A DNA stretch of 64,000 nucleotides from Gammaproteobacteria bacterium (GCA_026713705.1 JAPONY010000081.1:431-64430), one strand, 5' to 3'; shown: positions 18,085 to 28,505, numbered from the stretch's first letter. Notes: generated from the letters alone by a model not told the origin. Numbers and translations: made by a program.

Positions 18085-21000
18085 TCAAATGCTTTCAGTG
18101 GCAGTTTGCCTGAAACGGGAATCATGCAACCATTCTGCAGACAGAACTTCCGCCTGCTCCAATACTGTCCGCGTCGCTTTCTCCTGCTTGTCTGGCGGAT
18201 AGCCGTGTTTTCTCAGTATCCGTTTGACCAGCAAGCGCAACTGTGCCCGCACGCTCTCGCGCACGGCCCAATCAACAGTGACGTTGTTCCGCACAGCCTC
18301 AACCAACTCGCAAGCAATGGCGCGCAACGTTTCATCCCCCAGCACCTGAACCGCACTGTCATTGGCGCCAAGCGCATCGTAGAAGGCTAGTTCATCCTCC
18401 GTCAGCCCCAATTCTTCACCACGGGCGTTCGCCGCGCGTATGTCGCTTCCCACCTGAATCAATTCCCCGATTACTTCCGCGACTTCAACCGACCGATTGT
18501 GGTACTTGCGAATGGTCTGCTCAAGCATCCGGGCGAAAGAGCGCGCCTGCACGATATTCTTTCTCCGTTGCCTGGAGATTTCGCCTTTCAGCAACCGCCG
18601 CAGCAATTCGACCGCCAGATTGCGTTGCGGGAGGTCGCGCACTTCGTCGAGAAAGGCATCCGACAGAATGGAGATGTCGGGTTTCTTCAGGCCGGTGGCA
18701 TCGAAGATGTCGATGATTCCCTCGGAAAGCACTGCCCCCGAGACGATCTGCCGCACGGCATAATCCAGAATTTCGTCGGGTTCCGCGTCAGAAGACCCGT
18801 GTTTGACCAAAGCGATGCGAACCGTCTGGAAAAATTCCAGATCATCGCGAATGGCGAGCGCCTTTTCATTCGGCACTGCAAGCGCGAAGGCTCGCGAGAG
18901 ATCGCTCGACGCAGACACGAAACGGGTCTTGCCGTCCTCCTGCTTCAGGACATGATCCAGCGCAGCGGGCAGCAATTCCAGCCGCTCCCGCTCTTTTGAC
19001 GAGGTCCAGACCGAATAATCGAAGCCATGAAACAGGTCTCGACAGATCTCATATTTCTCCAGCATCACGGCGACTGCATCTTCCTGATCGAGAGCAGGCT
19101 GTCCCTCATCCTTGCCCTCGGTATAGGTTTTCGTCGCATGCTTGAGTTCGTGAGCCAAACCCAGGTAATCGACGACCAAGCCACCCGGCTTGTCTCTGAA
19201 GACCCGGTTGACCCGGGCGATCGCCTGCATCAGACCGTGACCGCGCATCGGCTTGTCGATGTACATCGTATGCAGGCTCGGCGCATCGAAACCCGTCAGC
19301 CACATGTCACGCACCAAGACGATCTGAAACGGATCATCGGGATCCCGGAAGCGGATCGCCAGCTTCTCACGGTGAGGCTTGGCTCGAATATGCTCCTGCC
19401 ATTCTGGCCCATCGGAAGCGGAACCGGTCATGACCACCTTGATCTTGCCTTTGCCATCATCTTTCGCACACCAATCCGGACGAAGCTTCGACAATTCCTG
19501 ATAGAGATCGACGCAGATACGCCGACTCATGCAGACGACCATCGCCTTGCCTTCCATGGCTTCGAGACGATGCTCAAAATGCTCAACGATGTCGCGCGCC
19601 ATGTGCCTAATCCGCTTTTCGGCGCCTACCACGGCCTCCAGTTGTGCCCACTTGGTCTTTAGCCGTTCCTTATGCTCGGTTTCTTCGCCTTCGGTCACTT
19701 CCTCGAAGTCCGGGTCGATCTTCGGACGCTCCTTCTCGTCAAGTTCCAGCTTGGCCAACCGACTTTCATAATAGATCGGCACGGTCATTTTGTCGTTCAC
19801 CGCCTGCTGGATATCGTAGACGCTGATGTAGTCCCCAAATACCGCGCGTGTGCTGGCATCCGCGATTTCTATCGGCGTACCGGTAAAGCCCACGAAGGAG
19901 GCATGCGGCAGGGCGTCGCGCAGGTGCCGTGCGAAGCCATCGATGAAGTCGTATTGGCTGCGATGCGCCTCGTCGGCAATGACCACGATGTTGCTTCTCT
20001 CCGAGAGAATCGGGTGCCGGTCGCCTTTTTCCTCTGGAAAGAACTTCTGGATGGTGGTGAAGATCACGCCGCCGGACTCGACGGACAGTTTGGCGCGCAA
20101 ATCAGCCCGGCTCTCGGCCTGGGCCGGTGCTTGACGCAGCAGATCCTGGCAGCGGGTGAAGGTTCCGAACAGCTGATTGTCGAGGTCGTTGCGGTCGGTC
20201 AGCACGACGAGGGTCGGATTCGTCATGGCGGGCTCCCGGACGATGCGCCCGGCATAGAAAGCCATGGTCAGGCTCTTCCCCGCCCCCTGGGTGTGCCAGA
20301 CCACTCCGATTCGACGGTCTCCCGCCTTGGTCGTTCTCCCGGCATAGTCGTGTTCATGTGCGGCGGTTCGGTACTGCTGTTGCAATTCGGCGGCGCGCAG
20401 GGTTTCGAATACGGCTTTTCCGACTGCGTAGAACTGATGGTAGCCCGCTACCTTCTTGGCCAAGGCGCCTCCGCCGTCATCTTCGAACATGATGAAGTCC
20501 CGCAGGAGCGAGAGGAAGTTTTCTTTCTTGAAGACTTCGTAGATCAGCGTACGAAGCGACAGACGAGGCTCTATTGCGAGCTCTCCACCGTAGTCCATGC
20601 GCCAAGGCCGGAACCACTCCCACCCGGCGGTCAGCGTTCCGATCTTCGCCTCGATTCCGTCGGAGACAACCAGCAGCTCGTTCATGGAAAACAGCGTTGG
20701 CAGTTCGGCCTTGTAGGTCTGGAGCTGTTTCCAGGCACTGTGCAGAGTGGCCCCTTTGTCTGAGGGACTCTTGAGTTCGATGATCGCCAACGGAAGACCG
20801 TTGACAAACACCACGAGGTCGGGGCGCCGCTCGTGTTTGTCCTCAATGACCGTAAATTGATTCACCGCAGACCAGAAGTTGGCGTCGGGATCGTCGAAGT
20901 CGATCACCCGCGCCTGTGCGCCGCGAACCGAATTGTCCTCGGCCCGGTACTCCACCGTCACCCCGTCCACCAGCATGCGGTGGAAGTTCCGATTTCGCGC

Positions 21001-21246
21001 TTCCAGGGTCGCCCCTTCCAGTCGGATCAATTTGCGGCAAGCCTCTTCCGCAGCAGCTTCCGGGAGTTCGGGATTGAGCTTCCGGATCGCGGTATGCAGT
21101 ACGGAAGTCTCGGTAACCTCCGAATAATCAGGATGCGGCGAGAGGGAACGAGCTAACATTTTCTCCCTTCCGTCAACGCTGTATTCCATGCGCCGGAGCC
21201 AGTCGATGACCGTCTCTTCCACGATCGATTCGGTAATCAAGGGCAT
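18085..21246 (-). CDS. hsdR: type I restriction enzyme, R subunit
   Basis: 1053 aa. Walker A '[11 protein letters not shown]', DEAH box '[11 protein letters not shown]', an N-terminal PD-(D/E)xK region ('[17 protein letters not shown]') and a C-terminal helical domain. Confidence 0.95.
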   Translation of the reverse strand: MPLITESIVEETVIDWLRRMEYSVDGREKMLARSLSPHPDYSEVTETSVLHTAIRKLNPELPEAAAEEACRKLIRLEGATLEARNRNFHRMLVDGVTVEYRAEDNSVRGAQARVIDFDDPDANFWSAVNQFTVIEDKHERRPDLVVFVNGLPLAIIELKSPSDKGATLHSAWKQLQTYKAELPTLFSMNELLVVSDGIEAKIGTLTAGWEWFRPWRMDYGGELAIEPRLSLRTLIYEVFKKENFLSLLRDFIMFEDDGGGALAKKVAGYHQFYAVGKAVFETLRAAELQQQYRTAAHEHDYAGRTTKAGDRRIGVVWHTQGAGKSLTMAFYAGRIVREPAMTNPTLVVLTDRNDLDNQLFGTFTRCQDLLRQAPAQAESRADLRAKLSVESGGVIFTTIQKFFPEEKGDRHPILSERSNIVVIADEAHRSQYDFIDGFARHLRDALPHASFVGFTGTPIEIADASTRAVFGDYISVYDIQQAVNDKMTVPIYYESRLAKLELDEKERPKIDPDFEEVTEGEETEHKERLKTKWAQLEAVVGAEKRIRHMARDIVEHFEHRLEAMEGKAMVVCMSRRICVDLYQELSKLRPDWCAKDDGKGKIKVVMTGSASDGPEWQEHIRAKPHREKLAIRFRDPDDPFQIVLVRDMWLTGFDAPSLHTMYIDKPMRGHGLMQAIARVNRVFRDKPGGLVVDYLGLAHELKHATKTYTEGKDEGQPALDQEDAVAVMLEKYEICRDLFHGFDYSVWTSSKERERLELLPAALDHVLKQEDGKTRFVSASSDLSRAFALAVPNEKALAIRDDLEFFQTVRIALVKHGSSDAEPDEILDYAVRQIVSGAVLSEGIIDIFDATGLKKPDISILSDAFLDEVRDLPQRNLAVELLRRLLKGEISRQRRKNIVQARSFARMLEQTIRKYHNRSVEVAEVIGELIQVGSDIRAANARGEELGLTEDELAFYDALGANDSAVQVLGDETLRAIACELVEAVRNNVTVDWAVRESVRAQLRLLVKRILRKHGYPPDKQEKATRTVLEQAEVLSAEWLHDSRFRQTATESI

Positions 21247-21250
21247 CCGC

Positions 21251-21940
21251 CTATCCTTTCTTCCCGATCGGAGACAGATTCTCCAAACGCGTCAGCCATT
21301 CGTTGAAGTGATGGCATTCTGCACGAATGCGATCCAGTCCGACCCGGCGGGCGATGGCAATGCCGTGAACCACCTTGTTATAGGGCGGATGCGATAGAGA
21401 TTTAAGCCGAGCCGAAGGGTGGGTCGCCGGACCGTCATCGATATGTTCGGGACTTTGGGCGCCACGCCGGGCTCGTTGCATCTCTTCCGAATGCCCGGAC
21501 CACATGTCCTCCGTCTCGGCGATCTTCGTGGCATCGGAAAACAGCAGCGCTTCAAATTCATACGGCTGTATGTGTGGGAAAAAGCGGTCCGCCCGACACT
21601 CCGCCGCCTGGACGACCACCCTGCGGAACTCGGCCTCGATGGCGGCAGCACGGTCAAGCGGGTCGCGTCGCAAAGCAGATTCGGCCCGGCCTGGGAAATC
21701 CGACGGCAATCCGTACAGGTCGAACAAAGTGGTGACGTAGGTGTCCTTACGGCCGCGCAAAAGCGACCGAAGCGACCGCAGCACCCGCTGACGGGTCAAG
21801 GCACCACCCGCATGTCCCGAAGAAGTCGCGATCAGTCTCGGTTTGACAAGCACGGACCGGTCCAGCATGGGGTGGTAGAGAATTTCGTTCAGGAACGCTT
21901 CTTCGGTCCGGCCTTCGCAAACAGCGATCACCTCGATCAT
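21251..21940 (-). CDS. DUF4276-like (Toprim-like) protein
   Basis: Start taken at ATG 21940, which forms an ATGA overlap with the upstream ATPase stop. The N-terminus '[21 protein letters not shown]' matches the DUF4276 'EG.TE' signature as I recall it. Confidence 0.65.
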   Translation of the reverse strand: MIEVIAVCEGRTEEAFLNEILYHPMLDRSVLVKPRLIATSSGHAGGALTRQRVLRSLRSLLRGRKDTYVTTLFDLYGLPSDFPGRAESALRRDPLDRAAAIEAEFRRVVVQAAECRADRFFPHIQPYEFEALLFSDATKIAETEDMWSGHSEEMQRARRGAQSPEHIDDGPATHPSARLKSLSHPPYNKVVHGIAIARRVGLDRIRAECHHFNEWLTRLENLSPIGKKG

Positions 21941-23034
21941 CGGCTCAGGCAACCGCCGAAAGTATTCATTTTCCACAAATCACCCAAGGTGTATTCATCC
22001 TCTTCCAGCCAGACCTGCAAATCTTCCCTATTCAGCCGGTCGAACAAGGACTCTCCATTCTCGCGGTTGACCACGACGATGTCTTCAGGGTCCATCTCGC
22101 TGACAAGATCCGCGGACTGTGTTGTGACGATGATTTGCCGAGTTTCACTCGTGCTTTTGAGCATGTCGGCCACCAAGGCGATTGCACGCGGATGGAGGCT
22201 CAACTCCGGCTCGTCGATGAGCATCAGTCCGGGCGCGAAATGATCCGGCTGGAGCAACACGGTCGCCAGTCCAATGAAACGCAATGTCCCGTCCGAGAGT
22301 TGCCGCGGTCCAAGCGTCATTTTGGAATTCCCTGCATGAAGCCATTCCAGTTCCACGTATTCTTCCTTGCCTTCGCGATAGATGAAGTCTTCCAGAAAAG
22401 GGGCTACATGCCGCGTCATGGTGATGATCTGCCGGTAATGGTTCGGATATCTTTCGTTCAGATGCCGCAGAAATGGAACCAGATTGCTTGCATCCGAATG
22501 CAATTCGAGGTTGTCGCGAGTCTCTCCCGCGCTCCGCATTCCCGATTCCCTGCTGGTATCGCTCAGGTGATACGAGCGCCAGCCCGCGACAGCCTCCCGT
22601 AAGTAGCCGGAAAAGCCATCCTCTTCCCGTGCACCAATCTCTTCAAGCCTCGATTCGTCATGGCCTCCGCCAAGCGAATGGGCGACGGAGTCCCTTTCGT
22701 CCAGAGTTCTTGCTTCCTCTTCCTTGAAAACAAGGCGTTCACCATCCGGCACGAGAACAAACCGATAGGCGTTCTTGCCGAATGTGATCTGTACCTCGAT
22801 CTCCCGGGTGGCGTTCACTCCATCGTGCAGAATGGTTTTGGGCCTGTTGCCCAGAGCGACAAACATCTGAAGGCGCTTCTCGGCCACGCACCTCAACATC
22901 CGGAACAGGTCGATGAAATTGCTCTTGCCCGCCCCGGCGGGACCGATCAGGACATTCAGGGGCCTCAACTCGAATTCTTCGAGGGCACGGATGGACTTGA
23001 AGCCGCGGATGGTGAGGTGGGTCAGTTGAGGCAT
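21937..23034 (-). CDS. ABC/SMC-like AAA ATPase (AAA_21/AAA_23 type)
   Basis: 'LTIRGFKSIRALEEFELRPLNVLIGPAGAGKSNFIDL' (Walker A) and 'LMLIDEPELSLHP' (Walker B/D-loop). Confidence 0.85.
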   Translation of the reverse strand: MPQLTHLTIRGFKSIRALEEFELRPLNVLIGPAGAGKSNFIDLFRMLRCVAEKRLQMFVALGNRPKTILHDGVNATREIEVQITFGKNAYRFVLVPDGERLVFKEEEARTLDERDSVAHSLGGGHDESRLEEIGAREEDGFSGYLREAVAGWRSYHLSDTSRESGMRSAGETRDNLELHSDASNLVPFLRHLNERYPNHYRQIITMTRHVAPFLEDFIYREGKEEYVELEWLHAGNSKMTLGPRQLSDGTLRFIGLATVLLQPDHFAPGLMLIDEPELSLHPRAIALVADMLKSTSETRQIIVTTQSADLVSEMDPEDIVVVNRENGESLFDRLNREDLQVWLEEDEYTLGDLWKMNTFGGCLSR

Positions 23035-23046
23035 AGTGGCAAAAAA

Positions 23047-24525
23047 TTAGGTTTTGTCTTCTAGTGAATCATCTTCGAGACCACTGTAGAGTAATTCTAA
23101 ACACTGCACCGAATGCACAAACCCGATTCCAGTCCTATATGGGGTTGTGGTTCTTTCCAGCAAACCGTCAACATAATAGATCACATCTTCTGCCCGGGGC
23201 GCATCAGGGAAATCTGGTGTTGCGCCCTTTTCCGCGGATTGAGCCCATATTCTGTACTTCTTCATAAGCGGCGTTTCGATTTCATCATCACGAGAGCCTG
23301 AAACTTCGTAACAAGCAAGAACGACCACTGCTTCAAACAAGTTGCTTTTTTTCTCTTCCCTAATATCGTTTGCCCCTGAACGAGAAAACACCGCATCAAC
23401 GACTTGCTCGTCCGAAGCCTCTCCCCGGATAAACCTATGGTACAGATCGGCATTGATTGTCCTAAGGATTAAAGCCACGACCGCCGCCATAGCAGCTAAT
23501 CGATGTTTGCCCCGTAGCGAGGCAAGCACCAATCCAAGACGGTGAATGGCCTGTGCGATGCGTCGAAGACTAAGGTCGGAGGATTTAAAGAAAACCTGAA
23601 AAAAAGTAAGGGCATCTTCATAGTTCCACATCTCACTCCTTTGGGTTCGCTGAAAATAGTCAGGAACACATGCTGCTCTAAGCGACACATCGATAAATGT
23701 GTCACGTTCTGGCTCAGGAAGCTGAAAGTCAATGTCGAAAAAACGGCGCAAGTAGTCTTCCGCATCAAATCCACTGCCGTACAACCCCTTGATTGAATGT
23801 CCCAATTGGTCACGATTGATTGCTAGAACAAACACCACGTGATCTACTGAAAACAAGTGCTTGGCAACTTCCAAGAGTTCAACTGCATAAGAGGGGCGGC
23901 ATCTGTCCAACTCGTCTATCATTATTACGAGGGGGTGTTCGCGTTCTTCCGACAATACTTTCGCCATATCCTCCAAGACGACTCTAAACTCCTTGACCGA
24001 CTCCTGAGCTTTTTCATAAACCGACAGCCTGTCTTCAGCATAGGAAGTAAGAATTTGAGCCACCTCCTCCTTTAGCAACGGCGCGACATCCAAAAGACCC
24101 ATGGCGGCCCGAATTAAACCAGGGGTGACCCATCGAACGATTTCCGTTGCCACCTTTTTAGTTTCGTTGATCTTTTGGGTCAGGTCGGTCTTTTCCCCCG
24201 GTGGGCTAGTTGTATATTCCTGCAGCCCTTTCATCAGTTCTGCGGAAAGGGTTACTAATGGCTCATTGGAAAAATCCGTTTCCCATGCATTGAACTTGAC
24301 CAAAGGAAATTTCCGATTGAGCAAATGCTGTGCCCACATATTAAGGAATGTGGTTTTTCCGTTTCCCCATGCGGCATCGACAGCCAAAACGCAGGGGCCC
24401 TCAAATACATCAATCAGGCGAGTGAGCACCTCTGCCGATTCTTTTCGCCCAAGAAGATCGTTTTGGAATGGATCGTCTTGCGGCACATCAATTTCTCGAG
24501 GCTGTATGCGTATTGCCTTACCCAT
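23047..24525 (-). CDS. KAP-family P-loop NTPase
   Basis: 'DDPFQNDLLGRKESAEVLTRLI', Walker A 'AAWGNGKTTFLNM', Walker B 'LVIMIDELDRCRP'. I see no strong transmembrane insert. Confidence 0.85.
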   Translation of the reverse strand: MGKAIRIQPREIDVPQDDPFQNDLLGRKESAEVLTRLIDVFEGPCVLAVDAAWGNGKTTFLNMWAQHLLNRKFPLVKFNAWETDFSNEPLVTLSAELMKGLQEYTTSPPGEKTDLTQKINETKKVATEIVRWVTPGLIRAAMGLLDVAPLLKEEVAQILTSYAEDRLSVYEKAQESVKEFRVVLEDMAKVLSEEREHPLVIMIDELDRCRPSYAVELLEVAKHLFSVDHVVFVLAINRDQLGHSIKGLYGSGFDAEDYLRRFFDIDFQLPEPERDTFIDVSLRAACVPDYFQRTQRSEMWNYEDALTFFQVFFKSSDLSLRRIAQAIHRLGLVLASLRGKHRLAAMAAVVALILRTINADLYHRFIRGEASDEQVVDAVFSRSGANDIREEKKSNLFEAVVVLACYEVSGSRDDEIETPLMKKYRIWAQSAEKGATPDFPDAPRAEDVIYYVDGLLERTTTPYRTGIGFVHSVQCLELLYSGLEDDSLEDKT

Positions 24526-24536
24526 TTTTCAACTCG

Positions 24537-26123
24537 TCAAATTGTTGTGCCGGGGCGCCCAATACCTTTCGTCTGAATTTTCCCAGAAACAAGTCCAGGC
24601 AATAGCGTATCTCTCAAAAAGGATAAGAGGTGGGTTTCTGATGTGCCATTCCTGATACGTTTATCCAATGTATTGACTTGACTGTCGAACGCGTTAATAA
24701 CTTCTGCCGTAGGTTCCAGAACTCGAAGCGCTTCAAATTGTTGCTTGTTTATTGATCCAAACACTGTTCCCGTGTGTTCGTATTGGCGAAACTGCTTCTG
24801 GATAGCCCACGCCGAATAATATGTGAACGAAACTGAGCCAGATCTATGTCGTAAAGCTGCTACTCCACGGCCAATACAACATTTTTCCCAAGCCATGTTT
24901 ATATCTCCTACCGGGGCTCTAACACTGACGAGCGTGTCTCCCGGCTGAGCGGTTCGCTTGGGGGCAGTACAAAATTTCCTTTTCTGGGGAAACCTGAACT
25001 CAAAATCAGAACTTCCCTGAAAGAAAGGCAAGCCATCAGCGTGTTCGTTGTAGGTGTTCCCAGAAGGGGATTGCCCCATCTCAAGATCAAAGGTATCGGC
25101 AAGATTTCGAATGCCCCACCCCTCCGGGACATCCCCTAGCTCAGATTCCGCTAACCGGTCAGGGAAAAGATTGGCAATGTGCTTTGGCAATCCTGTATCG
25201 CGGTTTTCCATTTTTGCGCGAACCGGATCAAAATCAACGAACCAGGATTTGAACAACGCCCGAGCCATTTCTTCCAAGGTTTCGTTCATGCGGCAGTTTA
25301 ATTCAATCTTATCGTCCAGCGTACCCAGTACATCTGCAATGGCACGTTGTTCAATTAGGGAAGGCAGGCGTATACGAATACTCCCTAATGCTGACCCTGA
25401 AAGTTCACCGAATGTCGTCCCTGTTGTGTATTGTTTTAATTTCTCAGTGTTTTGAATAAGCCAATAATACAGGTATTCAGACGGAAATCCTTCATGCGGC
25501 ACAAGTGAACGAAAGCCTTGGTTAGTAGAAATTGGATTCTTTGCGATAGCCACATAACCAACTGGCGCTCGGGTAGAAAGCAGTACAGATCCGCTCGGCA
25601 AAAGTTTTGCTGAAGAATTTTCTAGCCCTTTTTGTGACAGGCTTCTCTCTCCGCAAGTGATATATCGGGCATGTGGTTCAGACAGGTCTTTCGGCGTCAA
25701 CCACGGAATGTTCCCCCCAAAGTTATCTGGATCTTTCGTCGAAGGAGTGCCTCCCCCTACGATATCGGCAATTTGCTCGATTGTGTATTCATCCCAATCG
25801 TTTTCTTTTTCGGAAGAATCTACTAAATTTATGCGTTCTCCCTCAATCTGCTCTCTAAACGATTCCGGGACCTCGTCCCAGACGAACAAATCCACCCTGA
25901 ACGGCAAGTCGCTTTCCTCGAACGCTTCCCGGAGGTCGCCAACCCGGTCTTTCTGTTCTGGAGACGCAAACGCCACCAAATCAAGGTCGGATTGCGGACG
26001 GGAAGTCCATTTCACGCGGGAACCATAGGCCCAGACGGCCACCCCCGGCAGATACTGTTGAATTAAAGCCAGAACAGTCTTGCGCTGGCTAGATGTAATG
26101 TCGATGGCCTGCTCTATTCCCAT
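24537..26123 (-). CDS. hsdS: fusion protein: minimal nucleotidyltransferase (MNT) domain + type I R-M specificity subunit HsdS
   Basis: Start at ATG 26123 (GGGGAG SD). Residues 1-~105 carry 'GS-x10-DLD' and 'VDLFVWDE' (MNT). An uninterrupted frame then runs into a two-TRD HsdS: 'IVGGGTPSTKD', central 'LPSLIEQRAIADVLGTLDDKIELN', distal 'LLSFLRDTLLPGLVSG'. Confidence 0.85.
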   Translation of the reverse strand: MGIEQAIDITSSQRKTVLALIQQYLPGVAVWAYGSRVKWTSRPQSDLDLVAFASPEQKDRVGDLREAFEESDLPFRVDLFVWDEVPESFREQIEGERINLVDSSEKENDWDEYTIEQIADIVGGGTPSTKDPDNFGGNIPWLTPKDLSEPHARYITCGERSLSQKGLENSSAKLLPSGSVLLSTRAPVGYVAIAKNPISTNQGFRSLVPHEGFPSEYLYYWLIQNTEKLKQYTTGTTFGELSGSALGSIRIRLPSLIEQRAIADVLGTLDDKIELNCRMNETLEEMARALFKSWFVDFDPVRAKMENRDTGLPKHIANLFPDRLAESELGDVPEGWGIRNLADTFDLEMGQSPSGNTYNEHADGLPFFQGSSDFEFRFPQKRKFCTAPKRTAQPGDTLVSVRAPVGDINMAWEKCCIGRGVAALRHRSGSVSFTYYSAWAIQKQFRQYEHTGTVFGSINKQQFEALRVLEPTAEVINAFDSQVNTLDKRIRNGTSETHLLSFLRDTLLPGLVSGKIQTKGIGRPGTTI

Positions 26124-26530
26124 GTCTCCCCGCTCATGGCCTGATAGAGTCCGATGGCATCGTCGATAAAATCGGGTATCAATTCCAAGCAGGCTTTTGC
26201 CTTCTTGCCATCGTAGTCGTGCGAGGTGTCGACGCGGGCTTTGACATAGCGAAACCATTGCTCTATCGGAGCAGCGAACAAGCCGTTCTCGCAAGCTGAT
26301 CTGAAAAGAGGCTTCGGACTGTTGGGTAGATCCGCCATGCCCATCTCTTCAACCAAGTACCGTTTCAGCACTTTCCACAGGCAGTCATAGCAAACCTCAA
26401 ACCGCTGAATGACCGATTCGGCCACGGCATCGCGCACCAAGGCTGGCAACTCCGGGTCCAACCCCAAGTGGTTTTCATGCTGTTCCTCCAGGCGCTTCAA
26501 GGATGACCGGAATTTTGAGAAATCAATCAT
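26114..26530 (-). CDS. HEPN-domain protein (HI0074-type nucleotidyltransferase substrate-binding subunit; putative RNase toxin)
   Basis: 138 aa, helical, with the Rx4H motif 'RVDTSH'. It overlaps the MNT-HsdS start by 10 nt. Confidence 0.8.
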   Translation of the reverse strand: MIDFSKFRSSLKRLEEQHENHLGLDPELPALVRDAVAESVIQRFEVCYDCLWKVLKRYLVEEMGMADLPNSPKPLFRSACENGLFAAPIEQWFRYVKARVDTSHDYDGKKAKACLELIPDFIDDAIGLYQAMSGETWE

Positions 26531-26569
26531 AATCGCGTCCTCTTGACAATTTGGGGGAATCCTGTCCTA

Positions 26570-26815
26570 TCAGTTGGATGCCCGAAGGAGCGCGAGAGCG
26601 CTCACCGCATCATCGGCAATCGACGCATCTTTATTCTGCGGAGAAAACTCTTGATGCCGCCCTTCCCAACTATAGGCTGCACGATCCAACTGTACCCGAA
26701 CCACCTTTGCGCGCTCCGACGACACATCATCGAAACCGTTCTCGTAGCCCTGCACAACCACCCGTAGTTCCGGCGGATAGCCTTCAAGAAGGCGAATGAG
26801 TTCCTCGACAGTCAT
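26570..26815 (-). CDS. small hypothetical protein (81 aa)
   Basis: The internal ATG 26815 of ORF 26570..27076 forms an ATGA overlap with the hsdM stop. Begins '[27 protein letters not shown]'. No family recognised. Confidence 0.5.
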   Translation of the reverse strand: MTVEELIRLLEGYPPELRVVVQGYENGFDDVSSERAKVVRVQLDRAAYSWEGRHQEFSPQNKDASIADDAVSALALLRASN

Positions 26816-28428
26816 TTGCCACCATACCCCAGCGCCTTCATGTTGTCTGCGATGCGGGCATCCAGTTTTGCAGACTCTGCTTGCTGTTCCTGCAACTGTG
26901 CGACTAGCCGGTCCATTTTCTGCTCGAACGGCTCGTCGTCTTCCTCCGGCTCTTCCCATCCAACATAACGGCCAGGGGTAAGTATTCCATCGTGCTTGCC
27001 CACTTCGTCCAGCGATGCACTCTTGCAAAAACCGGGGATATCGACGTAACCGTTCTCCTTCTCCTTGCCGCGCCAAGCATGGTAGGTGCCTGCAATGCGC
27101 GCAATGTCTTCCTCGGCGAAATCCCGATGGGTGCGATCCACCATGTAACCCAGTTTCCGTGCGTCGATGAAAAGGATCTCGCCCCGCCGGTCGCGGAACC
27201 TGCCATTGCTGCGATCACGGGCCAGAAACCACAGGCACGCCGGGATCTGGGTCGAGTAGAAGAGTTGGCCCGGCAGCGCGATCATGCAATCCACCAGATC
27301 CGCTTCTATCAAACCCCTGCGAATGGCGCTCTCCGCTGATTGACCTGACGACATCGATCCGTTGGCCAACACGAAGCCCGACATGCCGGTCGGGCTCAGA
27401 TGATGGACGATGTGCTGCACCCAGGCAAAATTGGCGTTCCCTTTAGGGGGGATGCCGTATTTCCATCGCTTGTCGTCCGTCAGGCGCTCGCCTCCCCAGT
27501 CGGAGATGTTGAACGGCGGATTGGCCAGAATGAAGTCGGCCTTGAGACCAGGGTGCTGATCGTCGTGGAAGCAGTCTCCCTGGGAGATCTGGCCTTCAAT
27601 GCCGCGGATCGCCAGATTCATCTTCGCGAGACGCCAGGTCGTGTAGTTCAACTCCTGCCCATAGACCGCAATGTCCGCCTTGGCGCCGCGAGGCGTTTTC
27701 CCTCCATTGCCGTTTCCGGTCGCATGGGCGCGTATGAACTCGACCGACTGCACGAACATGCCCGACGAGCCGCAGCAGGGATCATAGACGCGGCCCCGGT
27801 AGGGCTCCAACATCTCCACCAGCAACTTCACGATGCAGCGCGGAGTATAGAACTCACCACCTCTCTTGCCTTCGGCGCTTGCGAACTGGGACAGAAAATA
27901 TTCGTAAATCCGCCCCAGCACGTCACGGGACCGGGCGTTTTCGTCACCCACCTTGATGTTGCCGATCAGGTCGATGACCTGACCCAGCCTTTGCTTGTCG
28001 AGAGATTCGCGCGCATAGTCCTTGGGGAGCACGTTCTTGAGCGACGTATTCTCCCGCTCGATGGCATCCATCGCATCATCGACATGCTTGCCGATCTCGG
28101 GTTGCCGCGCCCGCTCCTGAAGGTATGGCCAGCGCGACTCCCGCGGCACCCAAAAAATATTTTCCGCCACATATTCGTCGCGGTCTTCCGGGTCATGGCC
28201 TTCCGATTCCTTGTCTTTCAGGAATGCGCGCTTCTCCTCGAATGCGTCGGACACGTACTTGAGGAAGATCAGACCGAGCACCACGTGCTTGTACTCGGAC
28301 GCATCCATGCTGCCCCGCAAGGCATTGGCCATGTCCCACAGCTCGGCCTCATGGCCGATCACCGCGCCATTATTCTCCCGGCTCTTCGCCGAACCCTGTC
28401 GCTTCTTTTCCGGCTGCTTCCGCGCCAT
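26812..28428 (-). CDS. hsdM: type I restriction-modification system, M subunit (N6-adenine DNA methyltransferase)
   Basis: Start at ATG 28428 (AAGGAG SD). '[32 protein letters not shown]' (HsdM N-terminal domain), motif I 'DPCCGSSGM', motif IV 'NPPF'. Confidence 0.95.
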   Translation of the reverse strand: MARKQPEKKRQGSAKSRENNGAVIGHEAELWDMANALRGSMDASEYKHVVLGLIFLKYVSDAFEEKRAFLKDKESEGHDPEDRDEYVAENIFWVPRESRWPYLQERARQPEIGKHVDDAMDAIERENTSLKNVLPKDYARESLDKQRLGQVIDLIGNIKVGDENARSRDVLGRIYEYFLSQFASAEGKRGGEFYTPRCIVKLLVEMLEPYRGRVYDPCCGSSGMFVQSVEFIRAHATGNGNGGKTPRGAKADIAVYGQELNYTTWRLAKMNLAIRGIEGQISQGDCFHDDQHPGLKADFILANPPFNISDWGGERLTDDKRWKYGIPPKGNANFAWVQHIVHHLSPTGMSGFVLANGSMSSGQSAESAIRRGLIEADLVDCMIALPGQLFYSTQIPACLWFLARDRSNGRFRDRRGEILFIDARKLGYMVDRTHRDFAEEDIARIAGTYHAWRGKEKENGYVDIPGFCKSASLDEVGKHDGILTPGRYVGWEEPEEDDEPFEQKMDRLVAQLQEQQAESAKLDARIADNMKALGYGGK

Positions 28429-28505
28429 GGTCGGATTCTCCTTTCGCGTAAGGATCGATGGCGGATGCGTTGTAGCCGACGGCATGCATCCACCATCCTT
28501 TGCAT

